DNA of 64,000 nt, taken from NCBI GenBank assembly GCA_037388465.1, contig JARRKE010000014.1:19848-83847 (forward strand), written 5' to 3'. This document shows positions 58,722-64,000 of the stretch, one piece after another. Each line of letters starts with the position of its first letter. The stretch's first letter is position 1. The position numbers were made by a program, and so were the translations under genes. The stretch is from Gammaproteobacteria bacterium (GTDB taxonomy: Bacteria; Pseudomonadota; Gammaproteobacteria; SpSt-1174). A model generated the notes under the pieces. The model made no database searches, was not told the origin of the DNA, and saw only the letters and a list, made by a program, of their open reading frames with translations.

Positions 58722-60005
58722 TTATCCGCGCAGGTTGCCGTCGCCCAGTACCACGTACTTCTGCGTCGTCAGCCCTTCCAGCCCCACCGGGCCGCGCGCA
58801 TGCAGCTTGTCGGTGGAGATGCCGATCTCGGCGCCGAGACCGTATTCGAAGCCGTCGGCGAAACGGGTGGAGGCATTGACCATGACGGAACTCGAATCGA
58901 CCTCGCGCAGGAAACGCCGCGCGTGGCCGTAATCCGCGGTGATGATGGCGTCGGTGTGATGCGAACCGTAGGTCTCGATATGATCAATGGCCGTGTCGAG
59001 GTCGGGTACCACGCGGATGGCCAGAATCGGTGCGAGATATTCCTCGTACCAGTCGTCCTCGGTCGCCGTCCGGATATCGGCCAGAATCGCACGGGTCTTT
59101 TCGCAGCCTCGCAGTTCCACGTTGTGCCGGTCGAATTCGGCCTTCAGCCGCGGCAGCGCCTGCGCCGCCACGCCTTCGGCGACCAGCAGCGTCTCCATGG
59201 TATTGCAGGTGCCGTAGCGCTGGGTCTTGGCGTTCACCGCCACCTTGACGGCCATGTCCAGATCGGCGTGATCGTCGATATAGACGTGGCACACGCCGTC
59301 CAGGTGCTTGATGACCGGCACCAGGGATTCTTCGCTGACGCGCTCGATCAGGCCCTTGCCGCCGCGCGGAATGATGACGTCCACGAACGCCTTCATGCGC
59401 AGCAGTTCGCCCACGGCGGCGCGGTCCGTGGTATCCACCACCTGCACCGCGGCGGCCGGCAGTCCGGCCTGTTCCAGCCCCTCGTGAATGCACTGCGCAA
59501 TGGCCCGGTTGGAATGGATGGCCTCGGAGCCGCCGCGCAGGATGGCGGCGTTGCCAGCCTTGAGGCACAGTCCCGCCGCGTCCGCCGTCACGTTCGGGCG
59601 CGATTCGTAAATGATGCCGATCACCCCCAGCGGCACGCGCATGCGCCCCACCTGAATACCGGAGGGACGATAATCGAGATGGCTCATCGCGCCGACCGGA
59701 TCGGGCAGCGTGGCGATCTGGCGCAGGCCTTCGGCCATGGAGCGGATGCGCGCCTCGTCCAGGGCCAGACGGTCCAGCAGGGCCTCGTCGAGGCCGTTGG
59801 CCCGGCCTGCCTCCAGGTCCTTGGCATTCTCGGCCATGAGCTCGGCGCTGCGCGCCTCGATAAGCCCGGCCATCGCCACCAGGGCATTATTCTTGGCCTC
59901 GGTGCCGGCACGGGCGACCAGGCGCGCAGCCGCCCGGGCCTGGCGGCCCAGCGTCTGCATGTAACCCTGTACGTCCAGGGTCTCGATTTCAGGTCTTGCG
60001 CTCAT
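58722..60005 (-). CDS. proA: Glutamate-5-semialdehyde dehydrogenase
   Basis: 427 aa with ProA blocks ([16 protein letters not shown], catalytic Cys region). Confidence 0.95.
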   Translation of the reverse strand: MSARPEIETLDVQGYMQTLGRQARAAARLVARAGTEAKNNALVAMAGLIEARSAELMAENAKDLEAGRANGLDEALLDRLALDEARIRSMAEGLRQIATLPDPVGAMSHLDYRPSGIQVGRMRVPLGVIGIIYESRPNVTADAAGLCLKAGNAAILRGGSEAIHSNRAIAQCIHEGLEQAGLPAAAVQVVDTTDRAAVGELLRMKAFVDVIIPRGGKGLIERVSEESLVPVIKHLDGVCHVYIDDHADLDMAVKVAVNAKTQRYGTCNTMETLLVAEGVAAQALPRLKAEFDRHNVELRGCEKTRAILADIRTATEDDWYEEYLAPILAIRVVPDLDTAIDHIETYGSHHTDAIITADYGHARRFLREVDSSSVMVNASTRFADGFEYGLGAEIGISTDKLHARGPVGLEGLTTQKYVVLGDGNLRG

Positions 60006-60077
60006 TCAATCGTTATCGTTGCGTTGGTATTGAATCCCCCGGCCGGCACGCAATCGCCGGCCAACGGCGATGGTTCC

Positions 60078-61109
60078 TCATGCGGCACGGCCCGAAGCCG
60101 CACCGTCCAGCAGCGGGCGCCCGCTCAGCGCCATCACTAATTGTAACAATTCATCCCACGGCCTGCCCTCTGCGCGGCCCTTGATCACCCGATCCACATG
60201 GGCGCAGCGGGCCAGCAGCCTCAACCACGCCCCCACGGGGCGGCTGCGCAGGGCGGCGCCCAGCAGGCGACGCCTGGCCTCCGGCCAGATGCGCTGCATC
60301 TGCAGGGGTTCGCCCCGAGCCTGTGCCTCGGCCAGCCCCGCCAGGGTACGGATCTGCTCGCTCAGCGACCACAACACCAGCGGCGGGGCGACGTCCTCGC
60401 CGCGCAACCCTTCCAGAATACGCACTGCCCGGCGCAGATCGCCCGCCAGGGCCGCGCCGTACAGGTCGAAAACCTCGAAACGTGCGGAATCGGCCACCGC
60501 AGCCAGCACCGCCTCGGTATCCAGCGGACCCGCGGGATGCAGCAGCGACAGCTTGTCGATCTCCTGGGCCGCAGCCAGCAGGTTGCCCTCCACACGCTCG
60601 GTCAGCAACGCGGCCGCCTCGGGAGTCGGCTCCAGTCCCTTGACGCGCATGCGTGCGGCGACCCACTGGCGGGTCTGCCCGACATCCAGCGGCCACACCT
60701 GAAGAAACACCCCCGCCTTGTCCAGCGCCTTGACCCACTTGCTGCTCACCGATGCGCGCTCCAGCTTGCCGCACTGAACCAGCAAAATGGTGTCCTCGGG
60801 CGGCCTCTCGGCGTAGGCAGCCAACGCCTCACCGCCTTCCCGGCCCGGCTTGCCGGTCGGCAGCCGCAGGTCGATGATGCGTTGGGACGCAAACAGGGAG
60901 AGCTCCTGCCCGGCCGCGGCCAGCCGCCCCCAGTCGAAGCCCGGCTCGTGGTTCAGCACCTCCCGTTCGAGGTAACCCTGCTCCCGCGCCGCGGCGCGAA
61001 TGGCGTCCGCCGCCTCCATCAGGAACAGCGGCTCGTCGCCGGCCAGGAGATAGATCGGCGCCAGTCCCCGGGCGAGCCGGCCCTGAAGTTGTTCGTATCT
61101 GACTTTCAT
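60078..61109 (-). CDS. holA: DNA polymerase III subunit delta
   Basis: 343 aa. HolA-like N-terminal motifs are present (IYLLAGDEPLFL). Confidence 0.85.
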   Translation of the reverse strand: MKVRYEQLQGRLARGLAPIYLLAGDEPLFLMEAADAIRAAAREQGYLEREVLNHEPGFDWGRLAAAGQELSLFASQRIIDLRLPTGKPGREGGEALAAYAERPPEDTILLVQCGKLERASVSSKWVKALDKAGVFLQVWPLDVGQTRQWVAARMRVKGLEPTPEAAALLTERVEGNLLAAAQEIDKLSLLHPAGPLDTEAVLAAVADSARFEVFDLYGAALAGDLRRAVRILEGLRGEDVAPPLVLWSLSEQIRTLAGLAEAQARGEPLQMQRIWPEARRRLLGAALRSRPVGAWLRLLARCAHVDRVIKGRAEGRPWDELLQLVMALSGRPLLDGAASGRAA

Positions 61110-61451
61110 GACGGCAAATTAACCGCCCCGCGGACTTGTCACAAGCATCCATCCCGAATGTGGCCCCGCCAGATGCGGATGTCTTCCATTGCGCGCATCC
61201 ACGAGAGAAGATGCAGCGAGCGGGAAAAGGCCGCCACGCAGGGCGCAACAGGCCTCTCACGCGGCCGGGGCTTGCCCCATGACCAGATTTCGACACCCTA
61301 AAGCCGAAGAGCGGTCGTTTATTCCCGACGAACGGTCATATAAAGTATCGCTGTCGAAACATGAACAGAAAAGAATTATCCTAATCTCTTCTTATAGGGA
61401 GGCCGCATAATTGAACGACCCTGCGGCCAGACTTGGAGACGTGATCAACCC

Positions 61452-63725
61452 ATGAACGCACCGGCGCCCAGCCCCAAGCGTGTCGAGGCCACCCTGCAGG
61501 GTGCCACGCAGAACCTGCTTAAGACCTGCTTCGAGGGACTGCTGAAAAAGGCACAGGATCCGGGGTTCCGTATGGACCCGGAGGCCAGCAACCTATTTTT
61601 GCGAGGCGATGCGCTGGATGCCCTGCTGCACGACAAGAATCACGTCCTCGCCATCACCCTCAACACCTTCACCGACAGCTGCATCAAAAAGGGTGAGACC
61701 AAGTTCGACATCGATGACGACCTGAGCCAGCTGGCCCTGCTGGACGACGACCTGCTGGACCTCACCATCGCCATCTCCCGGCACGCCCAACGCGCAACCG
61801 ACCGCAACAAGGAACCCCTGCTGCACCTGGAACTGCGCCTCGAAGAGCTCGACCTGTACCTGCCCAACGGCATCGACCCGCACTGCATGCACCCCGACGC
61901 CCTGTACAACAGCCTGCAGCAGGGCATGGACGTGCTCGACCTGCAGGTCAGCGGCAAGGTCCTGCTGTACGACCTCTTCGCTGCCGAGTTGCTGCCACGG
62001 CTGGCCGATTTTTACGCCAAACTGAACGAGCACCTCGCGCAGGCGGGCTACCTGCCCGACAACCGTTCCCTGCAGGAGGCCATCCGGGCCCGCGAACTGG
62101 CCAATCGGCAAAAGGACAGCGAGGTCCAGAACGGCCTGGTCATGCCCTCCGGCCCGGACGATACCAGTGCCGGCATCCAGGTCGACTGGGCCAAGAGCAT
62201 TCCGGTCCCCCCCGGCGTCGACGCCGTACCGACCCAGGCACCGGATCTCTACAGCAATGTCCAACCCGTCCGCAGCGGTCCGACCGTCGAAATCGATGCC
62301 GAGACCCTGAAACTGCTCAAGCAGCAGCTGCAGCCGATGCAGTTCGGTGCCGCAACGCCTGCCGATCTGGCACGCGCCGAGGCGCGTCAGAAGATGATGG
62401 TCCGCGCCCTGACCCGGGCGCAGACCATGATCGTTCCCGAAATCCCCGAGGACACACCGCTCGACGCCACCAGGATCAAGGCCGCCTTTTCCGAGGCCGT
62501 CGAGGAATCGGGAGATGCCGAAGCCGCCAAGGACTTCAAGGAGGTCGAGGACAAGGTCATCGACTTCGTCAACGACATCTTCCTGGGCATTCTCGAAAAC
62601 GACGCCCTGTCCGACGCGGTCAAGGCCCTGCTGTCCCGACTGCAGATCCCCGTCATCAAGCTGGCGCTGACCGATTTCGGCTTTTTCCAGAATCCCCAGC
62701 ATCCCGCGCGCCGGGTACTGAACGAACTCGTCGCCCTCGGCATCGGCGTCCAGGGACGCGACGACCCCCTGTTCGAAAAACTGCAGGGCATGGTCAACAA
62801 CCTGCTGCGCGGCAACGAGGCCGACACCCACAGCTTCGAACAGGTGCTGGCACGCCTGCGCAAGATCGAGCGCATCGAGCAGGAGCAGGCCAGCCAGGAA
62901 GAGACCCTGGCGCGTCAGGAGGCCCAGGTCCGGGCGCGACGCAGCGCCGCCAAGCGCGTGGTGGTGCGCACCATGAACCGGCATCTGCGCGACAAGCGCA
63001 TGGCGGACGAGGCCCTGCAGTTCATCCTCAAGTGCTGGGCGCCGCACATGGCCCTGATCTATCTGCGCGACGGGCTCGAATCCGAGGCCTGGCAGCATGC
63101 GGTGCAGGCCCTGCGCCAGATCATCGAGGCCTCGCAGCCAGACCGCAGCATCGGCGAGATCGAAGGCATCATCGGCTCCGTGGAAGGCTTTTTCGACCAG
63201 GTCGAAGGCGAGCTACAGGCCAACGCCACCCTCAAGGCAAGCGGCAAGTCCCTGCTCGGCAACGTGCGCAACTGGTTCTTCAGCTTTTTCGCCGAAAAGA
63301 TCGAACGCGAGGAACAGGCCGGGCTGGGAGAACTGGACGAAATCGCCAGCGGCGAACCCGAGGTGGAGATCGACATTTCGCCCCAGCCCGAGGACCAGGT
63401 CGACGAGCAGCGTGACGTCTTCAAGGCGCTCATGGAGGCCATTCCGGCCGAAGTGCGCCCCGGCGCATGGTTCGAGATCTACCGGGGGCCCGAGCATTCC
63501 AAACGCACGCTCAAGCTCTCGGTGATCCTGGAAGACAGCGGCCAGGTGCTGTTCGCGGACCGCGCCGGCCGGGCCGCCCTGGAGATCGAGCTGGCGACCT
63601 TCATCGAAGACCTGCGCGAGGGCCGCAGCCGCTGCGTCGAGGACAACAACCTGTTCGATGCCGCGCTGAGCGCCGTCATCAGCAACATCCAGCAAAACCA
63701 GTCCCGCCAGAACCTGGTTCACTAA
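61452..63725 (+). CDS. Large conserved hypothetical protein (DUF1631-like), 757 aa
   Basis: An acidic, helical, repeat-poor protein. The family name is from memory and not verified. It is preceded by a 340-bp leader. Confidence 0.5.
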   Translation: MNAPAPSPKRVEATLQGATQNLLKTCFEGLLKKAQDPGFRMDPEASNLFLRGDALDALLHDKNHVLAITLNTFTDSCIKKGETKFDIDDDLSQLALLDDDLLDLTIAISRHAQRATDRNKEPLLHLELRLEELDLYLPNGIDPHCMHPDALYNSLQQGMDVLDLQVSGKVLLYDLFAAELLPRLADFYAKLNEHLAQAGYLPDNRSLQEAIRARELANRQKDSEVQNGLVMPSGPDDTSAGIQVDWAKSIPVPPGVDAVPTQAPDLYSNVQPVRSGPTVEIDAETLKLLKQQLQPMQFGAATPADLARAEARQKMMVRALTRAQTMIVPEIPEDTPLDATRIKAAFSEAVEESGDAEAAKDFKEVEDKVIDFVNDIFLGILENDALSDAVKALLSRLQIPVIKLALTDFGFFQNPQHPARRVLNELVALGIGVQGRDDPLFEKLQGMVNNLLRGNEADTHSFEQVLARLRKIERIEQEQASQEETLARQEAQVRARRSAAKRVVVRTMNRHLRDKRMADEALQFILKCWAPHMALIYLRDGLESEAWQHAVQALRQIIEASQPDRSIGEIEGIIGSVEGFFDQVEGELQANATLKASGKSLLGNVRNWFFSFFAEKIEREEQAGLGELDEIASGEPEVEIDISPQPEDQVDEQRDVFKALMEAIPAEVRPGAWFEIYRGPEHSKRTLKLSVILEDSGQVLFADRAGRAALEIELATFIEDLREGRSRCVEDNNLFDAALSAVISNIQQNQSRQNLVH

Positions 63726-63738
63726 GAGACTCCTGCAT

Positions 63739-63761
63739 CCGGCAGGCATTCTGCCTGCCGG
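63739..63761. terminator. Perfect 10-bp stem-loop (ccggcaggca ttc tgcctgccgg) between convergent genes
   Basis: Read directly. It lies 14 nt after the stop at 63725 and 7 nt before the convergent gene end at 63768. Confidence 0.5.
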
Positions 63762-63767
63762 GGAACC

Positions 63768-63998
63768 TCAGCCAGCCTTGGTTTCCGCCTGCAAGCGGTA
63801 AAGGATCAGCTGCACGGCGTCCCGCTGCATATCATTGTACAGAATGCGCTCCTGGTCGCTCCGGCCCAGCACATTGGTCGGATTGAACAGGTATTCGCGC
63901 GTCAGCCGGATTCGTTGCTCCGGCACATCGATGTCCTTGCCTTTCACCTTGAAGACCACGATGTACACGAGCTCGTACTGCTGCGCCTTGTTGGTCAC
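63768..63998 (-). CDS. C-terminal fragment of a hypothetical protein; the 5' end runs off the window
   Basis: The ORF is open to the window end. No motif was recognised. Confidence 0.3.
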   Translation of the reverse strand: MTNKAQQYELVYIVVFKVKGKDIDVPEQRIRLTREYLFNPTNVLGRSDQERILYNDMQRDAVQLILYRLQAETKAG

Positions 63999-64000
63999 AT

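Overview
This is a high-GC (roughly 65%) gammaproteobacterial chromosomal segment, almost entirely protein-coding, with gene order reminiscent of Pseudomonas and related gammaproteobacteria. The housekeeping blocks are: dxs-queD-folE2; MBL hydrolase / bamC-dapA facing gcvR-bcp-phoH2; hda-perM-pgsA-like-DUF2066 facing purM-purN-DUF3108; pmbA/yjgA; tldD-nitrilase-yhdP-rng-maf; rlmH-rsfS-nadD-proA-holA; proS; and an arsC-wrbA-DUF2069 block. The accessory or less ordinary content is: (1) a cluster of small secreted pilin-like proteins plus a putative periplasmic chaperone, with no usher gene visible (2085-4663); (2) a three-gene efflux operon in outer-membrane factor (OMF) → periplasmic adaptor (MFP) → RND permease order, 22397-28339; (3) a tightly coupled LysR / dead-GATase / small protein / AI-2E / macro-domain operon; (4) a tightly coupled LysM-lipoprotein / YihY / acylphosphatase / orphan GspE-family ATPase operon; and (5) two copies of a roughly 250-nt conserved, highly structured non-coding element. 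The element copies lie at 1461-2082 and 56600-57121, both on the + strand. Each is flanked by degenerate inverted CCTTAC-type heptamers, and copy A ends in a perfect (GCCTTAC)x8 tandem array. The two copies differ by compensatory base changes in a hairpin, which makes this the best candidate in the window for an undescribed structured ncRNA or MITE family. No rRNA, tRNA or CRISPR array was recognised. All protein calls rest on motifs and family resemblance read by eye from the ORF translations; no database search was run.
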